Position numbers and translations under genes: made by a program. The notes beneath the pieces are model-generated. The model searched no databases. It was not told where the DNA came from and saw only the letters and a program-made list of their open reading frames with translations. From Candidatus Saccharimonadota bacterium (lineage in GTDB: Bacteria > Patescibacteriota > Saccharimonadia > Saccharimonadales > JAXHNE01): a DNA stretch of 64,000 bases. Location of the stretch: contig JAXHNE010000007.1 in assembly GCA_034520885.1 (NCBI GenBank), forward strand, positions 118,827-182,826. The letters run 5' to 3'. How positions within the stretch are numbered: position 1 is the first letter of the stretch; each line of letters opens with the position of its first letter. Positions 10,356-20,228 of the stretch are shown piece after piece.

Positions 10356-10646
10356 ATGGCGAATCTGAGTAAAGACGATGTGCTAAAACTGGCGCAACTG
10401 GCCCGATTGGAGCTGAGTGACGCGGAAGTCGCGGCTTTCCAGGGAGAAATAAGTGACATTTTGGGCTACGTGGAGGCGCTGCAGTTGGTCGACGTGGACG
10501 GGCTGGAGCCTACCATTCAGGTCGGCGGGCTAAAAAATGCTACGCGTGAAGACGTCGTTAAACCGTACCAAGCCACGCCGGAGGATCTGCTAAAAATCGC
10601 GCCTTCAACCGACAAAACCTCACTAAAAGTGAAACGAGTATTATAA
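10356..10646 (+). CDS. gatC: Asp/Glu-tRNA amidotransferase subunit C
   Basis: MANLSKDDVLKLAQLARLELSDAE... typical GatC; internal ATG of ORF 10077..10646; TATACT 7 nt upstream. Confidence 0.9.
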   Translation: MANLSKDDVLKLAQLARLELSDAEVAAFQGEISDILGYVEALQLVDVDGLEPTIQVGGLKNATREDVVKPYQATPEDLLKIAPSTDKTSLKVKRVL

Positions 10647-10648
10647 TA

Positions 10649-12070
10649 ATGAGCGATTGGAAGGCGGTTGCCGACTGTGTTTTGGACGTCCAAAAACAAG
10701 TAACGTCGGCCACGGAATTGGTGCGAAAATCATTGGCCGCGATTGAGTCGGGCAAAGAATACCGGGCAATTATTTCGACCACCAAAGACCGCGCCTTAAA
10801 ACGAGCCAAAGAAATCGATGAGCGAATTGCCCAAGGCGACAAAGTTGGCAAGTTAGCCGGCGTGCCGTTCATTGCCAAGGATAATTTTTTAGTGTTCGGC
10901 GCGGAAACCACCGCGGGCAGCAATATGCTACGCGGGTTCGAGGCGCCCTACCAAGCCACCGCGATTAACCGGTTGGAAGAGCAGGGCGCGATTTGCGTGG
11001 CCAAAGCCAACCTGGACGCCTTCGCGCACGGATCGTCCACGGAAAACAGTGACTACATGACCACCAAAAACCCGCGCGATAAAACCCGCGTGCCCGGCGG
11101 CTCGTCCGGCGGTTCGGCCGCGGCGGTGATGTTGGATATGGCACCGTTCGCTTTGGGGAGCGATACCGGCGGTTCCATCCGTTTACCAGCATCGTTTACC
11201 GGTGCGGTCGGTTATAAGCCGACGCATGGAACCGTGTCGCGCAGCGGTGTGGTGGCCATGGCCAGCAGCACGGATGTGATCGGTCCGCTCACGCGCCGCG
11301 TGGAAGATGCGGCGTTGGTGCTTTCTTGCATGGCCGGAAAAGACGAACTGGACGGCACGACCATTGACAGCTCCATTACCGAAGAAGCCGAACTCACCGA
11401 CTTGAAAGGGCAGACCGTGGGCGTAGTCAAAGAATTCATGGGCGAAGGCGTGAATGACGGCGTTAAACGATCCGTACGAGCGGCGGTAGAAAAATTAAAA
11501 GACGCCGGCGTGAACGTCAAAGAAGTCAGCTTGCCTTCGCTCGACCTGGCGTTGGCTTGTTATTATGTTTTGGCACCGGCGGAAATCAGCAGTAACTTGA
11601 GCCGTTACGACGGACAGCGCTTTGAGTACAGCAGCCCGGGCGCCGCGAATTTGCACGAAAGTTACGTAAAATCCCGCAGCGAAGGATTCGGCGCGGAAGC
11701 CAAACGGCGGATCATGATCGGCACCTACGTGCTTTCCAGCGGTTACTACGATGCCTACTATCGCCGGGCGCAGCTGGTGCGCACCAAAATTATCAATGAG
11801 CTGGCCGAAACGTTCGAGGAAGTAGACTACCTGGTCGGTCCCGTCGCGCCGTCTACCGCTTTTAAGATCGGCGAAAACGCGAACGACCCGTTGCAAATGT
11901 ACTTGGCCGATATCATGACCGTTGGGCCGAGCCTGGCCGGTATCCCCGCGATTAGCCTTCCCGCGAAAGAAGCCGAGGGACTACCCGTGGGGTTGCACGT
12001 GATGGCCGCCAGGCAAAAAGATAATAAACTACTGTCGTTCGCTAAAACCATTGAGGAGGTCGTGACATGA
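10649..12070 (+). CDS. gatA: Asp/Glu-tRNA amidotransferase subunit A
   Basis: 473 aa amidase signature (GGSSGGSAAAV, GSDTGGSIR). Confidence 0.95.
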   Translation: MSDWKAVADCVLDVQKQVTSATELVRKSLAAIESGKEYRAIISTTKDRALKRAKEIDERIAQGDKVGKLAGVPFIAKDNFLVFGAETTAGSNMLRGFEAPYQATAINRLEEQGAICVAKANLDAFAHGSSTENSDYMTTKNPRDKTRVPGGSSGGSAAAVMLDMAPFALGSDTGGSIRLPASFTGAVGYKPTHGTVSRSGVVAMASSTDVIGPLTRRVEDAALVLSCMAGKDELDGTTIDSSITEEAELTDLKGQTVGVVKEFMGEGVNDGVKRSVRAAVEKLKDAGVNVKEVSLPSLDLALACYYVLAPAEISSNLSRYDGQRFEYSSPGAANLHESYVKSRSEGFGAEAKRRIMIGTYVLSSGYYDAYYRRAQLVRTKIINELAETFEEVDYLVGPVAPSTAFKIGENANDPLQMYLADIMTVGPSLAGIPAISLPAKEAEGLPVGLHVMAARQKDNKLLSFAKTIEEVVT

Positions 12071-12486
12071 CACCGGAAACCATAGTTGCCATTGCCGCCG
12101 GGAGCGTTATTGCCGTTTTCGTAGGTTTTTTGGCGTATAAAAAGTTGCCAAAGCGCCCTAAAAAGCAAAAGTACGTTGCTCGATGGCGGGAACTCCAAAG
12201 TCTTTGCAAGGACAAGTCTACCTGGCGTGACGCGGTGATTGCCGCGGACAAATTGCTGGACCGCGCGCTCAAGCAGCGAAAGTTCAAAGGGAAAACTCCC
12301 GGGGAGCGTTTGGTCTCCGCGCAAAAAAAGTTCAGCAAAAACGACCAAGTCTGGGACGCCCATAATTTGTACAAAAAACTTATCGCTAACGAAGAGCGTC
12401 AGCCCGGCGAGGAGGAAACCAAAAAAGCCCTGGCCAACTTCCGCCAAGCCCTAAGAGATCTCGGAGCCTTGCCCAGTGAAAAGTAA
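12067..12486 (+). CDS. hypothetical N-terminally anchored protein inserted between gatA and gatB
   Basis: 139 aa; ATGA overlap with gatA stop and 11-nt overlap with gatB start; one N-terminal TM helix, basic soluble tail. Confidence 0.6.
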   Translation: MTPETIVAIAAGSVIAVFVGFLAYKKLPKRPKKQKYVARWRELQSLCKDKSTWRDAVIAADKLLDRALKQRKFKGKTPGERLVSAQKKFSKNDQVWDAHNLYKKLIANEERQPGEEETKKALANFRQALRDLGALPSEK

Positions 12487-13930
12487 ATATACGGCCACCA
12501 TCGGAATCGAATGCCACGTGCAGTTGCACACCATGACCAAGCTGTTCGCCGCCGTGGCCAACGACGCCCGTGAAGCGGAGCCCAATACTTTGGTGAGCCA
12601 CATTTGCTTCGGCATGCCCGGGGCGTTGCCGGTGCTCAACGAAAAAGTGGTAGAACACGCCGCCCGGCTGGCGTTCGCTTTTAACGTGGAACCGCAACGC
12701 CATAGCTTTTTCGAGCGTAAACATTATTTTTACCCGGACTTACCCAAAGGTTATCAAATCACGCAGCTGGACAGCCCGATTATTAAAGGCGGAGAAGTGC
12801 GTATCACCGTGGACGGCGAACAAAAAACCGTCCGCTTAAACCGCGTACAGATCGAAGAAGACGCCGGTAAAAACACCCACCCCGCCGGTGCGGATTATTC
12901 ATTGGTGGATCTGAACCGGGCCGGCACGCCGCTGTTCGAGATCGTCTCCGAACCGGACATTCACACGCCGGCGGAAGCCAAGGCCTACGCCCGCGAACTG
13001 TACTTGCTGGTGCGCTACGGCGGGGTTTCCAACGCCGATTTGTATCACGGCAATATGCGTTTTGACGTTAACGTGTCCGTCAGCGACAGCGACAAGCTGG
13101 GAACACGCAGCGAAACCAAGAACCTAAATAGTTTCCGGAGCGTGGAAAAGGCCACGGAATACGAAATAAATCGCCAAATCGACTTGCTGGAGAAGGGCGA
13201 AAAGGTCATGCAGGAAACGCGCGGGTGGGACGACACTATGCAAAAAACCATTTCTCAGCGCAGCAAGGAAGAAGCTCACGATTATCGCTATTTCCCGGAT
13301 CCCGATTTGCCGCCGATTGAGCTTAGCGACTTGCAAATTCAAGACGCCGAACAAAGCCTGCCCACCATGCCCGGCGAGTGGCGTGAACGCTTAGCCGAAG
13401 CCGGAGTGGATAGCGGGCAAATCGAAACGCTCCTGGAGGCGGAACTGGAATACGAACTGGGCTACATGCAGCAAGTGGAAAAAGCGGCGGCCGAGGACGC
13501 CAAGCCGCTCGCCAACTTGCTCGTCAACGTGGAAGTGCCGCTGCGGCGCGACGACTCGGTGACCATCAACCTGGACAACGAAACCGTCAGGAAAGCGCTG
13601 TACGAAGCAACGCTGCGGCTTATAAATCAAAACAAGATAAGTTCTACCAACGCCAAGGCTCTTATAACCACCGTGCTGACTTCCGGCGCCGAGCCGAAAG
13701 ATATCGCCAAGTACGCCGAAGAGCAAGGACTACTGCAGGTATCCGACGAAGGCGAAATTGAGGCCATCGTGGAAAACGTGATCGCCCAAAACCAAGGCGC
13801 GGCGGACGACGTGCGCAACGGAGAAGCCAAAGCTATCGGCTTTTTGGTGGGGCAGGTCATGAAGGCCAGCAAAGGCAAGGCCAATCCGCAGCTGGCCAAG
13901 GATACGCTCCGCAAAAAACTCGAAGGCTAA
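12476..13930 (+). CDS. gatB: Asp/Glu-tRNA amidotransferase subunit B
   Basis: 484 aa; YTATIGIECHVQL N-terminus, C-terminal GatB/YqeY domain; GTG start. Confidence 0.95.
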   Translation: MKSKYTATIGIECHVQLHTMTKLFAAVANDAREAEPNTLVSHICFGMPGALPVLNEKVVEHAARLAFAFNVEPQRHSFFERKHYFYPDLPKGYQITQLDSPIIKGGEVRITVDGEQKTVRLNRVQIEEDAGKNTHPAGADYSLVDLNRAGTPLFEIVSEPDIHTPAEAKAYARELYLLVRYGGVSNADLYHGNMRFDVNVSVSDSDKLGTRSETKNLNSFRSVEKATEYEINRQIDLLEKGEKVMQETRGWDDTMQKTISQRSKEEAHDYRYFPDPDLPPIELSDLQIQDAEQSLPTMPGEWRERLAEAGVDSGQIETLLEAELEYELGYMQQVEKAAAEDAKPLANLLVNVEVPLRRDDSVTINLDNETVRKALYEATLRLINQNKISSTNAKALITTVLTSGAEPKDIAKYAEEQGLLQVSDEGEIEAIVENVIAQNQGAADDVRNGEAKAIGFLVGQVMKASKGKANPQLAKDTLRKKLEG

Positions 13931-13991
13931 ATACGACCCTTACAATTTTTTGGGCTGTTTCGGGTGGACGGGAGATGTTACAATAAAGGGT

Positions 13992-14255
13992 ATGGACGGA
14001 GCAGAACAAATTCTCGTTATTATCTTGTCGGCCTTTTTGGCGTTATTTTTGGTTTTGGCGATCATCGCGACCTACAAGTTCATTCAGGTACTAAATTCCT
14101 TGAAACGGATTTCCGAACACGCCGAGCACATCGCCGGCAAGGCGGAAACCATTAGCGATATATTCGCCTCGACCTCCGGGCCGCTCGCGGTGGGCAAACT
14201 ACTCTCGCATTTGGCCGAAACCGTATTTAAGCATAATAAGAAGGAGAAGAAGTAA
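13992..14255 (+). CDS. small membrane protein
   Basis: ORF 13950..14255; ATG 13992 lies 7 nt after TACAAT (13979-13984); one TM helix ILVIILSAFLALFLVLAIIA. Confidence 0.45.
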   Translation: MDGAEQILVIILSAFLALFLVLAIIATYKFIQVLNSLKRISEHAEHIAGKAETISDIFASTSGPLAVGKLLSHLAETVFKHNKKEKK

Positions 14256-14689
14256 TGGGAAAAAATTCCGGAAAATGGGCAATAGGAACCGTAGTAGCCG
14301 CTGCCGCGGGGTACGTAGGTGGCATACTGACCGCGCCGAAAAGCGGTAAGGAAACCCGCAAAGATATTAAAGATTCGGCCGCCAAAGCCAAGGCGGAAGC
14401 CGAAAAACGGCTCAAGGCCGCTCAGAAGGAATTAATTGAGTTAACCGATAAGGCCAAAGTCCAAAAAAGCAAGGTAAAAGCGCGCACCAAAACCGAGATT
14501 GAAAACGCCGTCAGCAAGGCGCAGACCGCCAAGAAGAAAGCCAGCGAAATGTTGAGCGCCGCGCATGAGGGCGAAGCCGATGACAAGGATTTGCAAAAGG
14601 CCATCGACGACGCCAATAAAGCCAGTGAACACCTAAAGAAATTTCTTTCCGATGCTCAAAAAGCCAACGATAAGTCCGGGAAAAAATAA
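14255..14689 (+). CDS. YtxH domain-containing protein
   Basis: N-terminal GxxxG-rich helix followed by APKSGKETRKDIKD and a long Lys/Ala/Glu helix, typical of YtxH. Confidence 0.75.
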   Translation: MGKNSGKWAIGTVVAAAAGYVGGILTAPKSGKETRKDIKDSAAKAKAEAEKRLKAAQKELIELTDKAKVQKSKVKARTKTEIENAVSKAQTAKKKASEMLSAAHEGEADDKDLQKAIDDANKASEHLKKFLSDAQKANDKSGKK

Positions 14690-14921
14690 CCAAAAAGACA
14701 TCGAGCGCGTCGGCCGGTTGCTCGGTTTCGTGTACGAAAGCAATTTCGTTAGCCGCTCGCGAATGTTGCGGCTCAGTTTTCTTCGTGGATTCCTGAGTGG
14801 TATCGGTGGGTTTTTCGGCGCGACACTCGGCGCCGGTATATTGTTGTGGGTGGCTTCACTATTGTTGGATGTGCCGCTAGTGGGATCGCTTATCGAAATG
14901 TTCCGCGACGTGTCGCGTTAG
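14652..14921 (+). CDS. small membrane protein (DUF5665-like)
   Basis: FLRGFLSGIGGFFGATLGAGILLW hydrophobic hairpin; start uncertain (overlaps the previous gene). Confidence 0.5.
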   Translation: MLKKPTISPGKNNQKDIERVGRLLGFVYESNFVSRSRMLRLSFLRGFLSGIGGFFGATLGAGILLWVASLLLDVPLVGSLIEMFRDVSR

Positions 14922-15017
14922 TATGGCTTTACTGAGCGCCCCGGCGCGTGCGTTGTAATTATAAGTCTCGAAATCAGGGCGCCGGCTAGGTAGAATGGAA
15001 AGCGTCAGGAGGGGTTT

Positions 15018-18000
15018 TTGAGCAAGCCAGAATTGCAACCATCGGATTTCGTTCATCTGCATAATCACACGCAGTACAGTTTGCTTGACGGGCTGACCAA
15101 AGTTCCGCATTTGATTGAATGGGTCAAGATGAACGGAATGCAATCGGTAGCCATCACCGATCACGGGACACTCTCGGGCGTGGTGGAGTTTTATAAGTCC
15201 GCCAAGCAGGATGATATTAACCCCGTTATCGGCATGGAAACGTACGTGGCGGCCCGTAAACACACCGATAAAGACCCCGGTAAAGATAAGCTGAACTACC
15301 ACTTGATTCTTTTGGCCATGAACCAGCGCGGGTACGAGAACTTGATGCGCCTTTCGACTATCGCCAACTTGGATGGCTTTTATTACAAACCGCGCGTCGA
15401 CCACGATTTATTACAGCGATACAACGAAGGCATTATCGCGCTTTCCGGCTGTATCGGCGGCGAAGTCGGGGACGCCTTGCGGCGCGACCAATATGATCAA
15501 GCCAAAAAAATCGCCACGGCGTATAAAAAGATTTTTGGCGATCGGTACTATATTGAATTGCAGGATCACGGGCACCCCGATCACCCCAGTAAATGGGATG
15601 AACAGGAAAAGGTTAATAAGGGCGCGCGAAAACTGGCTGAAGAGCTGGATATCAAGTGCGTGCTTACCGCGGACGCGCATTATTTGAAGCACGCCGACCA
15701 AGAAGCGCACGAAGTCTTGCTGTGCGTACAGACCGGATCATTCATGAGCGACGAAAAACGAATGTCATTAAAGGACTTTCATCTGCATGTCACCAAACCG
15801 GAGGAGTTGATCGCGCGGTGGCAGGGCGACTTCCCGGAAGCCATTACCAATACCAAAGAAGTGGCCGATCGTTGCCATGTGGAGCTGGAGCTCGGAAAAA
15901 TCTTTATTCCCAAGTTCGAAACGCCCAAAGGCGCCAGCGAAGAAAGCTATCTGAATAAACTGGTCTTTCAAGGGTTGGCGTGGCGCTACGGCGGGTACGC
16001 GCTGAGTGAGGTGAAAGATTTAAAGCTCGCCGAAGCCAAAGCCAAATTGCCGGGGGAGGTAATTGAGCGGGCGCAGTACGAACTGGGGATCATTAAGGAC
16101 ATGGGCTTTAGCGGTTACTTTTTGATCATCGCCGATTTCATAAACTGGGGCAAAGCCCAAGGGATCGTGTTCGGTCCGGGCCGTGGGTCGGCGGCGGGTT
16201 CGATTATCGCCTATGCGCTCAACATTACCGATCTGGATCCGCTTAAGTACGATTTGCTTTTTGAGCGATTTTTGAACCCCGACCGTGTGAGCATGCCGGA
16301 TATCGATATCGACATTCAGGATAACCGCCGGGACGAAGTAATCCAGTACTGCGTGGATAAATACGGGGAAGACAAGGTGGCCAATATCGTCACTTTCGGG
16401 CGTATGGCCGCCCGGAACGCGGTGCGTGACGTGGCACGCGTGTTGCAAGTGCCTTACGCCGAAGCCGACCGATTGGCCAAAATGATTCCGCCACCGGTTC
16501 AAGGAAAACACATACCACTGGAAAAATCACTCAAGGACGACAACGATTTGCGGGAAGAATACGAATCCAACGAAACCGCGCAGCGCGTGTTCGACTTGGC
16601 CGTACAGCTGGAAGGCACCATTCGCAGCCACGGCGTGCACGCCGCCGGCGTCGTGATCGCGCCCGACGACATCGTGAAGTTCGTGCCTTTGGAAATGGCC
16701 CAAAAGGGTGTGGTCTCCACCCAGTACCCCATGAATCCGGTGGAAGAACTGGGGCTGTTAAAGATGGATTTTTTGGGACTTTCCAACTTAACCATTATTA
16801 AAAACGCCCTAAGAATTATTCGCAAAGTGGAAGGCACGGACATAGATATCTCCCACGTTCCCTTGGACGATGAAAAAACTTACCAATTATTCCAAGACGG
16901 CGCGACGACCGGCGTGTTCCAGTTCGAATCCGCGGGGATGAAACGATATCTAAAAGAGCTGAAACCGTCGGTGTTCGATGATCTTATCGCCATGGTGTCG
17001 CTGTACCGTCCCGGCCCCATGCAGTTTATCGACACCTTTATCCGCCGCAAACACGGCGAGGAAAAGATTGAGTACTTCCACGATAAAATGAAGGACGCCC
17101 TGGAGAACACCTATGGCGTGTTGGTGTACCAGGAACAGGTGATGCAGATTGCCCGCGACATGTGCGGATTCAGTGGCGGCCAATCCGATACGCTCCGCAA
17201 AGCCATCGGTAAAAAAATCGCCGAGCTCATGGCCAAAATGAAAGAGGAGTTCATTGAAGGCGGGATCAAACATTCCGGCGCGACCCGCGAGCAGATGGAG
17301 CGGTTCTGGAAGCAACTGGAAGATTTTGCCGCGTACTGCTTTAACAAATCGCACGCCGCGTGTTACGCCCTGATTGCCTACCAGACGGCGTATCTAAAGG
17401 CGCATTACCCCAGCGCGTTCATGGCGGCGCTGATGACCAGCGATTTTGACGACACCGACCGTTTAGCGATTGAAATTACCGAGTGTACACACTTGGGAAT
17501 CGACGTGTTGTTGCCCGATGTCAACGAGTCGTTCGTGGAATTCGCGGTAGTGCCGGACACCAAGCAAATCCGTTTCGGTATGGCGGCCATTAAAAACGTC
17601 GGCCGTGGCGCGGTGGAGGAGATTCTGCGTGCCCGCCAAGACGGAAAGTTCGGCTCCTTGAGCGATTTCTTCGCCCGGGTAAATCCGCGGATCGTTAATA
17701 AAAAAGCCATTGAAAGCTTGGCCAGGGCCGGCGCCTTCAGCGAACTGGAAGAACGCGGTACGCTGCTTCATAACATCGACGTGGTGTTGGCCTACGCCCA
17801 GCGGCTACACAAGCAAAAGGCCATTGGCCAAACGGACTTATTCGGCGGCGGGGAGCAGACCGAACTCACGGGAGGCACGCTCCGCCTTGAGCAACCGCCG
17901 GTGCCGCCCATTCACACCGAACACCTAAAGTGGGAACGGGAGTTATTGGGTATTTACGTATCGGCGCATCCGCTAGAGGACTATCAAAAATTCCTGGCGG

Positions 18001-18641
18001 CCAAAACCGAACCGATTAGTTCGCTTAAGCCCGATGCCGATGGCTCGCGGGTGACGATCGGTGGCAGCGTCAACGAAGTACGGGAAATCACCACCAAAAA
18101 AGGACAACGAATGGCTTTCGTAAAAATTGCCGACACTACCGAGGAGACCGAGCTTTTGCTTTTCCCTAAAATTTACGAAGAAACCCGGCATTTGTGGGAG
18201 CACGACAAAATCGTGTTGGTAAAGGGGAAGCTATCGGCCACCGATAAGGACGGGCATCTGACCAGTGAGGTAAAGGTCATTGCCAACGATGCCCAAGAAA
18301 TCACGCTGGACCAAGCCAATCGCGAAGCCCGTAAAAAACCCCGTAAAAAGCCGGCAAAAAGCGCTGAAGCCACCGCGAAACCCGCGAAACCCGCGGTCGC
18401 GGCGACCCCCCCAGTCGATTCCAAGCTGTATTTACGTATCCCCTCCAGCCAAGATCAAAAGACGTTAATGGACATCAAGCGGGTCAGCGAGCGTTTTTCG
18501 GGCGATAGGGACGTGGTTTTGGTAATAGGCGATAACGGAGATCGGCAAGTGATTAAACTGCCGCAAAAAATAGATCATGGCGAATCGACGCGAAGTGCCT
18601 TCGTGGAGCTACTAGGCGAAGATAACGTTAAGCTTCACTAA
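15018..18641 (+). CDS. dnaE: DNA polymerase III alpha subunit
   Basis: 1207 aa; PHP domain HLHNHTQYSLLDG, polymerase core, OB fold; TTG start behind aggagggg SD. Confidence 0.95.
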   Translation: MSKPELQPSDFVHLHNHTQYSLLDGLTKVPHLIEWVKMNGMQSVAITDHGTLSGVVEFYKSAKQDDINPVIGMETYVAARKHTDKDPGKDKLNYHLILLAMNQRGYENLMRLSTIANLDGFYYKPRVDHDLLQRYNEGIIALSGCIGGEVGDALRRDQYDQAKKIATAYKKIFGDRYYIELQDHGHPDHPSKWDEQEKVNKGARKLAEELDIKCVLTADAHYLKHADQEAHEVLLCVQTGSFMSDEKRMSLKDFHLHVTKPEELIARWQGDFPEAITNTKEVADRCHVELELGKIFIPKFETPKGASEESYLNKLVFQGLAWRYGGYALSEVKDLKLAEAKAKLPGEVIERAQYELGIIKDMGFSGYFLIIADFINWGKAQGIVFGPGRGSAAGSIIAYALNITDLDPLKYDLLFERFLNPDRVSMPDIDIDIQDNRRDEVIQYCVDKYGEDKVANIVTFGRMAARNAVRDVARVLQVPYAEADRLAKMIPPPVQGKHIPLEKSLKDDNDLREEYESNETAQRVFDLAVQLEGTIRSHGVHAAGVVIAPDDIVKFVPLEMAQKGVVSTQYPMNPVEELGLLKMDFLGLSNLTIIKNALRIIRKVEGTDIDISHVPLDDEKTYQLFQDGATTGVFQFESAGMKRYLKELKPSVFDDLIAMVSLYRPGPMQFIDTFIRRKHGEEKIEYFHDKMKDALENTYGVLVYQEQVMQIARDMCGFSGGQSDTLRKAIGKKIAELMAKMKEEFIEGGIKHSGATREQMERFWKQLEDFAAYCFNKSHAACYALIAYQTAYLKAHYPSAFMAALMTSDFDDTDRLAIEITECTHLGIDVLLPDVNESFVEFAVVPDTKQIRFGMAAIKNVGRGAVEEILRARQDGKFGSLSDFFARVNPRIVNKKAIESLARAGAFSELEERGTLLHNIDVVLAYAQRLHKQKAIGQTDLFGGGEQTELTGGTLRLEQPPVPPIHTEHLKWERELLGIYVSAHPLEDYQKFLAAKTEPISSLKPDADGSRVTIGGSVNEVREITTKKGQRMAFVKIADTTEETELLLFPKIYEETRHLWEHDKIVLVKGKLSATDKDGHLTSEVKVIANDAQEITLDQANREARKKPRKKPAKSAEATAKPAKPAVAATPPVDSKLYLRIPSSQDQKTLMDIKRVSERFSGDRDVVLVIGDNGDRQVIKLPQKIDHGESTRSAFVELLGEDNVKLH

Positions 18642-19522
18642 CCAACGAAGCCGACCGATTGTAGCAGCAATACCCCGAGTATGATAATCGCCGTAAGGCT
18701 TAAGTCCAACACGGGGTGATGCATGACGAAATGTTCGCCGCTTCGCATAATTCGCTTGAGCCGCAAACCGTGGCGGGCGATCAGGAATCCGGCGGCCAGG
18801 CCGGTAGTTATACCGGCGGCCAAATTGATCCATTGGTTCCCAAGGCCGGCAGTGTTGGCGAATACCGAAATTGGTGTCCGTTCATTCGGCGGCGTACTCA
18901 AAGTCCCGGCCTCCCGGACGACGGGGCTGTCTTCGGTTCCCGGGGTCGCGTAAAAAGCCACGACGATGGTTTCCGGTCCACCGCCCAAATAATTATCGGC
19001 CTGGGTTATGCCGAATCCGACTTCCGTATAGGCCGGATCCAGCATGTTTTCACGGTGTGATTGGCTTTGCATCCACCCGCCAACCGTGGAGGAGTTGGTA
19101 GTAAACCCGTAGGCCAGGTTTTCTCCTGCCCGCTGGTAGGTGTAATCCGTTTCTTGCACGAAAACCCACGGTTCTTGGCCGTCCGGAGTTTCGTGCGACC
19201 AATAGTTACGCGTTTTCATGTCTTCGGCTTTGGCCTGGGCCGCTTGGTTTAAAAGCTGGTTCTGGGTGAGCGGATCGGCATTTTGCCGTTCGCGTTGCTC
19301 ATTGGTCGCCGATAGTAGACCCAAGTGATCGACATTGCTTTGGGCGGCCAGTACGCGCCCCAGTTGGCGGGGGTGGACGCTGCCCATTAACAGCACCACC
19401 AAGAGCATGACCAGCATGGGGATATACGGCCAGTACACTCTACGGAAAGAGTCGGTGTGTTTTTTGTGGTGACCGTGCCGCTTTTTATGATGAATGGCAG
19501 TCATCCGTTTTTGTTTTGCCAT
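18638..19522 (-). CDS. CAP (SCP/PR-1-like) domain membrane protein
   Basis: YWSHETPDG, GENLAYGF and HRENMLDPAYTEVG motifs; N- and C-terminal TM segments. Confidence 0.75.
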   Translation of the reverse strand: MAKQKRMTAIHHKKRHGHHKKHTDSFRRVYWPYIPMLVMLLVVLLMGSVHPRQLGRVLAAQSNVDHLGLLSATNEQRERQNADPLTQNQLLNQAAQAKAEDMKTRNYWSHETPDGQEPWVFVQETDYTYQRAGENLAYGFTTNSSTVGGWMQSQSHRENMLDPAYTEVGFGITQADNYLGGGPETIVVAFYATPGTEDSPVVREAGTLSTPPNERTPISVFANTAGLGNQWINLAAGITTGLAAGFLIARHGLRLKRIMRSGEHFVMHHPVLDLSLTAIIILGVLLLQSVGFVG

Positions 19523-19545
19523 AACGCTTTTGATTATACGATGTC

Positions 19546-20055
19546 TTAGTGAAATCTACAATGAAACAACGCCATGGCCGCGGCGTTTACCACGTTGTGC
19601 GATTCTTTTTTGCCGAGCATGGGGATTTCCAAAGTGACGTCGCACCGCGCCAGCAGGTCGGGATCGATGCCTTCCACTTCCCGCCCCAACACCAAACACA
19701 GGCGTTTCGGCGGGGAGAATCCGGCAAGCTCCACGGAATCGTCCGCCTGTTCCAGCCCGGCAAGAACGGTGCCCTCGGAACGCAAACGTTTTATAAGGGG
19801 CGCGGGATCTTCGTGAAACTCCCATGCCAGCGTGCTTTGGGCACCCAAAGCGGTTTTTTCAATTTGTTTTTGTAGTTTTTGGCGTATATGCGGTAAGCGG
19901 GGGTCTTCGGGACGAATGGGGTGCGGCGTGTACCCCGTGAGGTAAAGTGTGGCGACATTCAGCCCGTCACACAGCCGAAAAAGCGCTCCTATATTGTGGG
20001 CGCTCCTAATGTCGTGAGCCAAAACGAAAATTTCCCGTTCCACACGGCTAATCAT
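19546..20055 (-). CDS. TrmH/SpoU-family RNA 2'-O-methyltransferase
   Basis: 169 aa; SPOUT motifs (NIGALFR, LGREVEGI, IPMLGKKESHNVVNAAA). Confidence 0.8.
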   Translation of the reverse strand: MISRVEREIFVLAHDIRSAHNIGALFRLCDGLNVATLYLTGYTPHPIRPEDPRLPHIRQKLQKQIEKTALGAQSTLAWEFHEDPAPLIKRLRSEGTVLAGLEQADDSVELAGFSPPKRLCLVLGREVEGIDPDLLARCDVTLEIPMLGKKESHNVVNAAAMALFHCRFH

Positions 20056-20228
20056 AACAGATTATTTCCTTGTCGGTGCGCTTATGTTTAAATAGATACC
20101 AATGAGCCCCGCAGTAAGCCACAAAGTTGCTGCGCAAGCGACTCGTTATATGGAAGGGTAGTAATGATTGAAGTTCATGTTCAACAATCGATAACAGTGA
20201 GTAACGCTGCTTTGGGGGCTACGGCGGG

